Shown one piece after another: positions 13,735 to 25,735 of a DNA stretch of 64,000 bases. The notes below the pieces were generated by a model. That model was not told the origin of the DNA. It worked only from the letters and a program-made list of their open reading frames with translations, and did no database searches. The stretch lies in contig NC_082722.1 in the NCBI RefSeq assembly GCF_030144855.1, positions 20,460,001 through 20,524,000 on the forward strand. The letters run 5' to 3'. Position 1 is the first letter of the stretch, and each line of letters starts with the position of its first letter. The DNA is from Hypanus sabinus. Lineage: Eukaryota. The position numbers and the translations under genes are program-made.

Positions 13735-16450
13735 TTTCGTAAGAACATAAGGAATAGGAACAGCAGTAAGCCATCTGGCCCATCGAGCCTATAAGATCAT
13801 GGCTGATCTGAGGAGGGACACATCTCCATCTACCTTCCTTTCCCCATACTGCTGAATTCCCCAGCTATGACAAAAAAAAAATCCAACTTTGTTTTAAGTA
13901 TATTTACTTAGGTAGACTCTACCGTTTAATGGGGCAGAGATTTTAGTACTCTTTGCGAAAAGCAGTTTCTCTTAATCTCTATCCTAAGGTTACTCCTCCG
14001 AATCTTGAGGCAATTTCCCTACTTCTAGTCTCACCTATCAGTGGAAACAACTTCAATGACTCCACCTTATCTAACCCTTTTGTAATAAGATTTCCTCTCA
14101 TCTTTCAGAATTCCAGCGAGTACAGTCCCGAGCCACTGAATCTCTCCTCATTCTTTAACCCTCTCATCTCTGGAATCAACCTGGTGAACGTCGTCTGTCC
14201 TGTCACCAGTATACCATTCCTCAAGTAAGAACACCAGAACTACACGCAGTACTTTAGATTCGGCCTCACTACTACCCTATACTTTTGCAGCGTAACTTCC
14301 TTGCTCTTAAGTTCAAACCCTCCAGCAATGAAGACCAACAATCCACTTGCTTTCTTGATAGCCTGCTGCAACACCGAACCCACATTTTACGATTCATGCA
14401 CAAGTACTCCCAGAACAGAAGTATGCTGCAACCAATTAAATAATAGTCTGATCTTCATGTTTCCTTCCAAAACAGATGACCTCGTATTTACCAACATTGT
14501 ACTCCGTCTTCCAGACTCTTGCCCACTCACTTAACATATCACTTATCTCTGCAGAGTATATAACGTCTGCATAATTTGTTTGTCCACTCAGTTTAGTTTC
14601 ATCAGCAAAGTTAGATACGCCACTGTTTGCCAACCAGAGGAACACCAATGTATCCCAACTCTCTGCTTTTTATGTGCTAGCAATTTCTCTATCCATGCTA
14701 ATACATGACCCCCAACTCTATGCATTCTTATCTTATGGACAGGGCTTTTATGTGGCACCTTATCGAACGAATTCTGTAATTACAATTATATAAAGTCCAT
14801 CTGTCCCCCTCTATGCACTGCGCTTGTTATATCATCAAAGAACACGAGTATGTTTGTCAAACAGGACCTGCCTTTGCTTCACACTTGTCTGTGTGCCTGA
14901 CGGATCAATTTCTTTTCAGCAGTTTTTCGTTACTTGTTATTTAATGACAGCTTCAAGAATTTTCCCAACTACAGGTGTTAACTAAATGACCATTTACTTG
15001 CCTTTTGTCTACCTCTTTTATTGAACAGTGGTGAATGTCATTAGCCCTCTTCCATTCCGCCGGGACCTGCCCTGAGTCCGGAGAATTTTGGCAAATTATC
15101 ACAAAGCCCAACTATAACCTCTGCCATTTATTCCAGTAAGCTGAGATCTATCTATCTTTTGACCCACAAGATTACTCAGCACTACCTCTTAAATTATAGC
15201 TATTGTATCGAGGTGCTCACCTCCAATTGCATTCATGTTATCTCAATTCGCCACGTTAGAGGTGCTCTCCAGCGTGAAACCCGACACAAAATAGCGATTC
15301 AAAGCCTCGGCCAAATGCTCATTATCCAATATCAATTTCCCTTCTCGTCCTCCAAGGGACCTACGTTGAACTTGGTCACCGCTTTATATAATTATAAAAA
15401 CTTATACTATCCTTTTTAATATGTTATACTGGTTTATTTTCATAATCCATCTTCTCTTTCTTTATTGCTTGCTTAGTGGACTTTCGTTGCTTTTTAACTT
15501 TTTCCCAGTCTTCCAGGTTCCTGCTTCTCGGGGTGACTTTATACGCACGAGTTTTTAGCTTGTTTCCTTCTTTTATATCCTTCGTCATCCAAGGCTGGCT
15601 GTCCCCGCCCTTATTAACCTTGCATTCAACTGGAGTATACTGTTATCGAACATCGTGAAAAATATATTTGAAAGTATTCCACTATGATAGCCCAAACGTC
15701 CCACGATGTAGCGTGTGTTCCTAGTCTACCCTATTCAGATCTTCCCTCATCATTTTGAAGTCTCCCTTGATTAGGTATAATACACTGGTTTTAGATCAAA
15801 TAATTGCCCCGCCACTTATATAAGAAAGTCGGTCATGCTAAGATCACTGTTTCCCAGAGGATCCCTAACAACAACATTGGTAATTTTACGTATCATTGTG
15901 CAGCGCTAGATCCAAGATAACGTGTTCCCTTATAGGTTCATCAACATTCTGTTGAAAAAAGCTAGCGTGTATGGATTCTAGGAAGCTTCTTTAAAACTGC
16001 CTCATCCAACTTGACTCACATAATCCATGTACAATCCTAGTCCACAATACCTGCTGTTCCATTCGTACATGACGCAGATATTTCTCGATTTATAGCCTCT
16101 GCCACTGTACTGTTATTATTCGGTGGCCTATGGAAAATTTCCACCAATGATTTTCCCTTTACTATTCCTAATCTCTACCCCGATGGACTAAACATTCTGC
16201 TCCTGAGATCTTATATCGTCTCTCACTATGCCCTGATCTCATCTTTAATTTAGATATCTTTCCCACCTCCTTTATCTTCCTGCCTATTCTCCCGTATTAT
16301 CTGATATACTTGGTAATTTAATTCCCTATTCTCTCCATTCTGCAAACACGTTTCTGTATAGGCCACTAAATCATAGTCCCTGATACTGATTTCTGCAACA
16401 ACTTCATTGACCTTCATACGGACAGTACGGGCATTTAGATAAAGTGCCCT
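13735..16450 (-). mobile_element. CR1 LINE (endonuclease plus RT, degenerate)
   Basis: 3' tail taagaacataag at about 13738; VSNFADETKL (ORF 14436-14648); endonuclease start LYLNART (reverse complement of gggcatttagataaagtgc) at about 16430-16448. Confidence 0.9.
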
Positions 16451-16659
16451 TTAGGCAAAAATTCATTTTAATAGAATTAATTCGACCTATCAACGATAAT
16501 GAAATGGCGTCTATTTTGATGGTGCAATTTTACATAATTCAGCAAGGTAAATAAATATTCTTTAAATAAGTATTTATAATTCTTACTAATAGTTACACCA
16601 AAAATAAATTGATTTCTTACATTTTAAAACGAAGTTTAGTATTAATTGACACCAAATTC

Positions 16660-19465
16660 TCAAAGGAAAAAGTTCGCTCTTATGAAAATTTAGTTTACAT
16701 CCTGAAAACAGACTAAAACAGGAGAGTCAAGAAAGTACGGATGTAATGAAGTCTCAATATCAGAAATATAAAAAAAAACGTTGTCAGCATAAAGTGAAAC
16801 TTTGTGAGTAATACCTCTCCTTGAAATACCACAGATAACATTAGATTCCAGGAAAGCTATAGCTAAGGTTTCTAAAGCCAGATCAAAAACCAAAGGGACA
16901 ACCATATCTAGTTCCACGTTGAAGTTTAAATGGTTTCGAATTCTGCGAATAAGTAAGAACCCGAGAAGAGGGAGAAAAATAAAGTAAAATAACCTATTGA
17001 ATATAATCGGGCCCCAAATTACTTTTCTCCAAAGTTTTAAATAAGTAATTGCATTAAAACCGATCGAAGGCTTTCTCAGCGTCTAAGGACATCACACATT
17101 CCGATATCTCTTTAGAAGGAGAATACATAACATTTAATAAATATTAAGTAAATTTAAATAATGCAATATTAAAATGGGAATATCGATTTTAATACTTCCA
17201 GTCTGATCGTCGGAAATACTAGCTGGTAAAATATTTTCAATCCTGCGAGCAAGAGCTTTGGATAGGATATTAGCGTCAGCATTAAATGAGGGGATAGGTC
17301 TATCTGACGAACATTCAGTTGGTTTCATATTCTTTTTTAAGAATAAGCGAAATAGAATCTTCATAAAAAGATTCTAGTAACCTATGTAACTTAAAGGAGT
17401 CTGAAAGGACTAAATATAAATCCGGTATAAGCAATGAGGAAAAAGCATTATAAAATTCTTCCGAAAAATCGTCAGGACTCGGAAGCTTCCCCGAGTGCAA
17501 TGAACATATAACCTCGGGAATTTCCTCATACGAAATTGGTTGATCCAATTGTTTTTGGTTATCATCAGAAAGCGTAGAATGTGTAATTGATCTAATAAAT
17601 TATTCATTACAGTATTATCTTTAAGAGAATCAGAACTATACATTTTAGAGTAAAACTATCTAAAGGCATCATTTATTTCAAAATCGGTAGTTGTCGTATC
17701 ATCATTACCTTTACAAATTTGTTTAACTTGCTGTTTAACTATAGAATTTTTTAACTGGCTAACCAATAATTTAACTGTTTTGTCTCCATGAAAATAATAT
17801 TAACCTTTATCTTTTAGGAGTTGAGTTTCAATTGGATATGTTAAAAGTATTTCATATTTAGTTTTAATTTCAACACGACTTTCATAAAAAGCAGGTTCTG
17901 GAGTCAAGGCATATTTTTGATCTAAGTGTTTCAACTGATTAGCTAGTTTAATTCTTACTTTGTTACCCTTTATCTTAACATTTGCAGTATAAGAAATAAT
18001 TTGACCTCTAATATCAGCCTTAAAAGGCTCCCTTATAATAAGACTAGAATTCTCTTCCCGCGCATTCTCTTAAAAAAAAAGAATAATTTGTCTCTTCAAA
18101 ATTTTGAAAGATCCTTGCTTGATATCAAAGTTGGGTTGAACACCAAAATCTGTTTATTTGACGGAAACCAGGGAGATTTAAAGTTGGCACATGATCTGAA
18201 ACAGCAATCTCTTTATATTCACAGGGTCGAACTAATGGAATGAATTGGCTGTCAGTAAAAAAAAATCAGTCTTGGAATACGTATGGTGGATATAGGACAA
18301 AAACGAATACTCCTCATCTATTGGATATAAAAACGCTCGATAGCAACAATATTACATTTCATTAGAAAAGATTTAATTAACTAGGCTGATTTACTAAGTA
18401 TTGCTGGCTTAGAAGATGATCGATCTAAAACAGGGTCTAGCCAACAATTAAAATCTCCACCCGAGACCAGTGTGTAAAGGCTTAAATCAGGTAGACACAA
18501 AAAAAAAATCGGTCAAAGAACCCTAGATCATCTTTATTCGGTGCATACATATTAGAAAATACCATTAATTTGTTATCTAATTTTCCTGATGCTATAACAA
18601 AACGCCCATTGGTATCAGATACTACTTTGTTAAACGAAAGAAACTGTATTATCCATAAAAATCGAAACACACCTAGACTTAGCCTAAAAGGAGGAATTAA
18701 ATTTTATCCTTTTCAAAAACTAAAGAGGCGTAAATTGTCACATTTATGAACGTGAGGTTCTTGTAAAAAAATGGGACCTTAAGTTTTTTAATATAGTTAC
18801 GTATCTTATTCTGCATCGCGGGGTGGTTTAAATTTTTAACGTTAGAACTAAGTGAATTAGTAGTATGATCCAATTTAATACTACTTAAAAAGAAAGTTTA
18901 GAATAGTAACCACAAAAATGTATAGTAAATCCAAACAATGAACTTTGAGATAAAGTAACGTGGCAACAGACGTGGCTAAGAGACCAAACTAGCTCCCAGA
19001 AAAGAAAACACTCAACCCTCTCCCTACCTCCCAAATGTCTTGAAGTCGACCAATAGACAGAAGGCAGCTAAACTTACAGACATTACCCTACTAAAAAAAA
19101 GCCTATTGGTTTAGCTCCAAATAATTTTTCAAGGTTAGCTGCGTTTCAACTAGACGAAATAAAAGTCCGGGCTTTATTGGGAAAAAAACTCAAAAAAGTA
19201 TAATATAAAATATTTTAAAAACTATCAAAATTCAAAGTATATTAACACACAAGGTATTAACTCATTAAAATCTTGTTTTCTATGTAAAACATTAAAGAGT
19301 TCAAGCAGAGAGTTAGCTACAAAAGCATAACAAAAGTCAAATCAGCAATTATTCATGTAGAAAGACATTAAACAGTTAGACTTTTGCGTCTAAAAATCAA
19401 TGGGCATCCTGTGTCGAACGAAACCATTTCCGAGAGACATCCCTCAAGATAATTCTAAGCCGAGC
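16660..19465 (-). mobile_element. L1-clade LINE fragment (end of ORF1, ORF2 endonuclease and RT), truncated at both ends
   Basis: SDTNGRFVI..NMYAPN (endonuclease, 18482-18670); KLPSPDDFSEEFY (17315-17548); HKVSLYAD (16690-16917); ORF1-end-like ARLRII at about 19445-19465. Confidence 0.9.
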
Positions 19466-22090
19466 AGAATTGTAGGGATGACTTACAGCGGATTAAAAAG
19501 CTTGACCATATAGATGTTAAACAGTGTATTCAACAGTGGCTGAATGGGAGATGCCAGAGAGTAGTGGTGGATAACTGTTTGTCAGGTTGGAGGCTGCCTC
19601 AGGGATCTGTACCGGGTCCAGTATTGTTTGCAATGTGCGTTAATGATCTGGATGTTGGGGTGGTAAATTGGATTAGTAAGTATGCACATTCTACCAATAT
19701 AGGTGGCGTTGTGGATAATAAAGTGGGTTTTCAAAACTTGTAGAGAGAGTTAGGCCAGTTAGAAAAGTGGGCTGAAAGATGGAAGATGGAGTTTAATGCT
19801 GATAAGTGTGAGGTGATACATTTTGGTAGGAATAATCAAAATGTGACATACATAGTAAATGGTAGGGCATTGCAGAATGCAGTGAGACAGAGTGATCTAG
19901 GAATAATGGTGCATAGATTGCTGAAGGAGGATAGGTTGTTGAAGAAAGCTTTTGGTATGCTGGCCTTTATAAATCACAGCCTTGTGTATAGGAGTTGGGA
20001 TGTAATGTTAAAATTGTACAAGGCATTGGAAAGGCCGAATTTGGAGTATTGTTTAAAGTTCTGGTCACTGAATTTGGAGTATTGTGCACAGTTCTGGTCA
20101 CCGAATTATAGGAAAGATGTCTACAAAATAGAGTGAGTGCAAAGGAGAATCACTAGAATGTTCCCTGGGTTTCAACACCTAAGTTACTGACAAAGGTTAA
20201 AAAAGTTAGGTCTTTAATCTTTGGAGCGTAGAAAGCTGACGGGGAACTTGAAAGAGGTATTTAAAATTATGAGTGGGATAGATATAGTTGACGTTTTTCC
20301 ATTACGAGTAGGGGAGATACAAACAAGAGGAGTTGAGAGTTAAGGGGCAAAAGTTGAGGGGTAACAGTAGGGAATACTTCTTTACTCAGAGTGTGGTAGC
20401 TGTGTGGAACGAGCTTCCAGTAGAAGTGGTAGAGGCTGGTTCGATGTTGTCATTTTAACAAAATGGATAGGTAGATGGACAGGAAAGGAAAGGAGGGTTA
20501 TGGGCTGAGTGCAGGTCGGTGGGACTAGGTGAGAATAAGTGTTAGGCACGGATTAGAAGTGCCGAGATGGCCAGTTTCGTGCTGTAATTGTTATATGGTG
20601 ATACGGTTGAAGAAGAGGAAATGCCGCAGCTTTTCTAAAGCATCAAGTTGGATAAGGTTCCATGACCGGACGACACAGGTTCCAGAGGATTAAGCGATTG
20701 AAGATGTTTCCCCCTTATTCAATAAATACCGTCCAGATAGCCCAGAAAATTATAGACCATTGAGTCTTACTTGTAGGTTGGTAAGTTGATGTAAATGACC
20801 CTGAGAAGGCGAATTTTTGACAATTTGGAGAGGCATCGTATGTTTTGGATTAGTCAGCATAGCTTTGTCAAAGCAGGTCGTGCTTTATGAGCCCACTTGA
20901 TATTTTTCAGGACGTGACTAAACACATTGATGAAGGTAGAGCAGTAGATGTACTGTATATGGATATCAGCAAGGCATTTTTTTAGGGTATCCCATGCAAG
21001 GCTTATTGAGAAAGTAAATAGGCACAGGAACCAAGGGGCCATTGCTTTGTGTATCCAGAATTAGCTTGCGCACAGAAGGCAAACTGTGGTTGTAGACGGA
21101 TCATATTCTGCATGGAGTTCGGTTACTAGTGGTGTGCCTCAGGGATCTGTTCTGGGACCATTTCTCTTCGGGATTCTTATAATTGACCTGGATGTGGAAG
21201 TGGAGGGATGGGTTAATACATTTGCTGATAACAAAAAGTTTTGGGGTGCTGTGGATAGTAGGCAGAGCAATCAGAGGTTACAGCGGGCCATCGGTAGGAT
21301 GCACTACAGGTCTGAGAAGTTGCAGATGGAGTTCAGCACAGATAAGTGTGAGTTGGTTCGTTTTGTAGCTCGAACATGGTAGCAGAATATACTATAAATC
21401 TTAAGACTCTTGGAAGTGTGGAGGATCAAAGGGATCTTGGGATCCAAGTCTATTGGACACTGATAGCTGTTGATGATCTGCATCATCAACCATGGGATTG
21501 AGCTGAAGAGCAGAGAGCTACTGTTACAACTGAATAGGATCCTGGTCAGACCCCCTTGTAGTACAGTGTTCAGTTCTGGTCACCTAACTACAGAATGTAG
21601 AAACGATAGAAAAGATACAGAGGAGATTTACAAGGATGTTGCCTGAATTGGAGAGCATGCCTTATGAGAATAGTTTGAGAGAACTCGGCATATTGTCCTT
21701 GGAGCGGCGGAGGATGACAGTTAAACTGATAGAGGTGTATAAGATGATGAGAGGTATTCTTCATGTGGAAAGTCAGAGGATTTTCCCAGTGTTCTAATGG
21801 CTAACACGAGCGGGCACAGTTTTACGGTGCTTGGCAGTAGATACAGAGGAGATGTCAGGGTTCAGTTTTTTTTTACACAGAGTGGTGAGTGCGTGGAATA
21901 GGCTGCTGGCGATGGTGTTGGAGTCCGATACAATAGGGCCCTTTAACAGTCGCGGTTGACAGCTGAATACAAGGAGCTCAGAAAAATAGACGACTCTCGG
22001 TAACCTTAGGTAATTTCTATAGTACGTTCATGCTTGGCACAGCATTGTGGGTTGAAGGGCCTGTATTGTGCTGTAGATTTTCTATGTTTT
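19466..22090 (+). mobile_element. CR1 LINE paralogous to 55390-58490, interrupted by a second CR1 at about 19522-20604
   Basis: Shares a diagnostic internal deletion (gacacaggttccagaggatt) with the 55.4-kb copy. Sequence before 19522 and after 20604 is contiguous in that copy. The nested CR1 gives ORF 19786-20136 (MEFNADKCEVIHFG). Confidence 0.88.
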
Positions 22091-22389
22091 TAACGTTGCA
22101 TTCCTCCTGTTCGATTTTTACAATATTTTATCAGAATGGTGTATCGGTACCAGCCAACTTGCCAGGTCATTAGTAGAAAACTGTTATTACTGAAACAGAT
22201 GGACTCCTAGGTTACACTAAACGAAATCTGGAGGGAAACAAGGTTTTCTTAAATTTATTTATGGATGACAGCTAGGAGCTGTTAAATCAATTGTAGTGGT
22301 GCTTGATAGTGTTTTACATCAACCGAGGGAGCCACTTATACGTTACATTATTTTATTGGTTGAATGAAAAACTCAGCCGCTGCCTGAAT

Positions 22390-22990
22390 TAGATTTACAT
22401 AGAAACATAGAAAACCTAGAACACAATAAATGCCCTTCGGCCCACAATGACGGCCCGAACAAGTACTTCCTTTAGAAATCAACTGGGATTACCCACAGCC
22501 CTCCATTTTTCTAAGCACCATGTATCTATCCAGGAGTCTCTTAAAAGTCCGTGTTTCATCCGCCCCCACATCTGTCTTCGCAGCCTATTCCACGCACTCA
22601 CCACTCTGTGTACAAAGCTGATTCCTGACATCTCCTCTGTAGCATCTTACAAGCAGCATAAAACTGTGCACTCATTATCTGGACCTCTGAATATCCACAC
22701 GATGATTGCCTATTATCATCTTATACAGCTCTGTGAGGTTACTCCTTCATTCTCTTCCGCACCGAGGAGAAAAGGCCGAGTTCACTCAACCTATTCTCAA
22801 AAGGCATGCTCCGCAATCCAGGCAACATCCTTGTAAATCTCCTCTGCACTAATTCTATAGTTTCCACATCCTTCCTGTAGTGAGGTAACCAAAACTGAGC
22901 ACACTGCTCCAAGTGGGGTCTGACCAGGCTCCAATATATCTGCATTATTATCTCTGGACTCTTAAACTCAAAAGCATGTTTAATGACGGC
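22390..22990 (-). mobile_element. CR1 3' fragment (shorter paralog at about 58780-58980)
   Basis: tagaaacatagaaa tail at about 22395; LVRPHLEQCAQFW in both copies. Confidence 0.88.
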
Positions 22991-23179
22991 AAATGCACCT
23001 TCTGACTTCATAACCATACAGTCAGCAAGCGCAGTTGAAAAGATAAAAGTTTTAAGATCTTCTTTACGTGTCTCGTATGCATCGAAATATCTGGGAAAAA
23101 GAAGTGTCAAAATCAAATCACCGAGAATATGCTGGCAAACAGCAAGTGTTGATGCACATCTGCTGGCATGATAGCATGC

Positions 23180-23365
23180 ACTCAAGTCATCAACCTTAAC
23201 TGTAGGTCTCTGGAGTGTGGGTGGACACTGGAGAACCCTGATGAAACCTAGGAGTCGACGGGGAGAACATACAAACACCTTAGAGACATGGTCGGGAAAC
23301 GAAACCACTTCTTACTGCTGGAGCTTTAAAGTATTCTGGTAATCGCTAAGCTAATTTGTTGCCCC
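23180..23365 (-). mobile_element. HE1/V-SINE-like element (paralog at about 59140-59315)
   Basis: ggagtcgacggggagaacatacaaacacctt versus ggagtcggcggggagaacatacaaactccttacagac, the typical elasmobranch SINE body; family name from recall. Confidence 0.6.
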
Positions 23366-25735
23366 AAAAGAAACTTTGAAGGAAGAAATAAGGGGAATCC
23401 AGCTCAACTATCGCTTCAGAATATATTGAACCTGGGAATCGTGAGCAGATGAAGTAAGTTGAGAGGTAGCACCAATGATTGAGGACTTCCTCTGAGGCAG
23501 GCAGAATCAGCACCGTGTTAGATGAGAGAGATGGTCAGTACTGATCCAGCTGCATATACTTATATGGCTCTATACAATTTCCTGTACTAATTAATTAGGT
23601 TTATTTACAAAATATACAGTGAGTCGTGGCAAGAATCAATTTCACTCAACGATTAATTTGCAATCGGAGCTAGGAAGCAAGGTGCAATGTTAGCCTTAGT
23701 CTTTTTAATAGCTCCAAGATGTGCATACACCATTGCAAACGAGACCGAAGGTTTCGAACAGCGTAGAAAGTACAGCATATTCCATAAACAGAAGACCACA
23801 ATGCGACGAAGTAGGTGATTGTGATGGGTGCCCCATTTTTAATTGCAAATGGAAAGGAATGAGAACAAAGAACTTACAAGTGGTGCCGAAGGGTCATTCA
23901 GTGGTTGGGGCGGCTGGTAGTTAACAGGGAGGACTGCCAGAAGATTAACAGAGAGAAGCTGGAGAGGAACAGCATCGATGGTGGCAAATATATAAGGCTG
24001 AAAAGGTAAAAGAACAATCTGCCCGGAGCAGCAGCCGAACATATATTGCCTCCCAGGTAGCATATAACTATGCGTTGTTCCTTCACCAATAGAAAAGAAT
24101 ATCACGATCCAAGAACAAACTCTAGGTCGCAAATTCACAATAGCAATTAATATAATATTTATCCAGTCCCCAAGCACGCCAATGTAACATAATTAGACGA
24201 TTCGCAAAGAGAATCTGAATTGCATTTTTTCACCTGGTCTCATAGAACCGCACTTCTTCATCAATATGGAATAATCATTTCGGATTTGTATGTTCTTTAC
24301 AAACGGCCGCCAAGCACTGTGAGATGAACAGTCAACCGATTGGAACCTACGTGTGAAGGAGGGAAAAAGAAACGATGTGGTTCTGTAAAGAAAACAGTGT
24401 CTGTCGTGCAATGTAAATGATAGAAACGCACATAATTCACAGCCACCAATATTGAGTTGCGATTCACTTTAAGAGTCAAGTCGGTGACAACGAAATTAAA
24501 TGAAATTGTTTGTACCGCTCATTGTATTCAACGTCTGACGTCAATAAATCAGTTATTACAGGTTTTCTCAAATTTAAATTGCCTCCGCCATTTTTATTTG
24601 AGAAAATCTACATAGGCGACTCGGATGCTCTGGGACGATTCCTGGCTTATTGACCATGTCAGCTAATGCAGTCGCTTTGAAACTGCTGAATCTCTGGCAA
24701 AATGTCATTGCTTGGTTTGTACAAATCGAGGCACAATTCGCACTGCGAGAAATATTCACCGACGGCAACAAGTTCTACTATGCGTTTGCGTTACTCAGCA
24801 GCATCACGGCTGCGAGAGGGGATCTAACCAAACACCTTTCTGAACACGATAAGCACCGATCGCGGAAAACTCAGCCTTTACAGACTTCTGTACCAACTGA
24901 ATCTGGGCGCGCCAAACAATTGCTCTCCATGGCCGTCCGCTGGGATGCTAAGCCGTTTGAATTCCAGGAACACTTGCTGTCTCTCCTAGGAAATCAGTAA
25001 CATTGTTTCATGTTTAAAGAATTCTTCAGGCAGCAGGTTCCTGATCATGTTCGAATATCAGTGGCTGATACACCCGGTAAGGACCATAGGGAGCTTGGTA
25101 AATGGCTGGGAGTCTACGCTCAATCTTCCTCCTTTCCCTACCTTAATAACCCGGCCTGCAAGGCCTCCAACAAATGAAGGGCCGAAGCTGTGAAACAGAT
25201 AATGCCAGTTCTGTGTTCTTACCTCGTTCGCTTAGGGAAGGGCAATAGAAAGGGCCTACAGCTTTCAACTTCAACTGTGGCAACGCATCTGGACATCAGC
25301 GGTCTGTAAACACCGCGGGCTCCATCACCCTGGAAAGTCCACTGTTCGTTACGGACATCCTTTCGGGCGACGCTACCTGTGTGACACGGCTGCTCAAATA
25401 AGTGTGCTGGCAACATCGCCTATAGATGAGAAGGCAAAAAGCGACGCTGAAGGCCGCCAAGTGGACGAGGTTACACATGGGACTTCGTCACTGCTAAAGT
25501 GGATATACCTCTGCTCCGTGCAGATTTCCTGTATTTCCAGGGACTGATCATCGATCATAAAACTGCCGGCTTGGGACTTGGGATCGTGAACTTGCTCTCT
25601 CAGTAAGTTCCCCATAAATATTCTGTCCTGTACATGGACAACCGCAAGTGAGCTAATTGGGCTACTGATTCAACTGCGAATTTCCAAACCTGACCAAACT
25701 CACAAGCTCCATTATCTCCACAACCTCGATCCATG

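Noticed and set aside
23839-24177. 112-aa ORF as a protein-coding gene conserved in both duplicates
   Set aside because: The paralog has frameshifts and different starts; similarity is explained by the duplication. Kept only as a low-interest finding.
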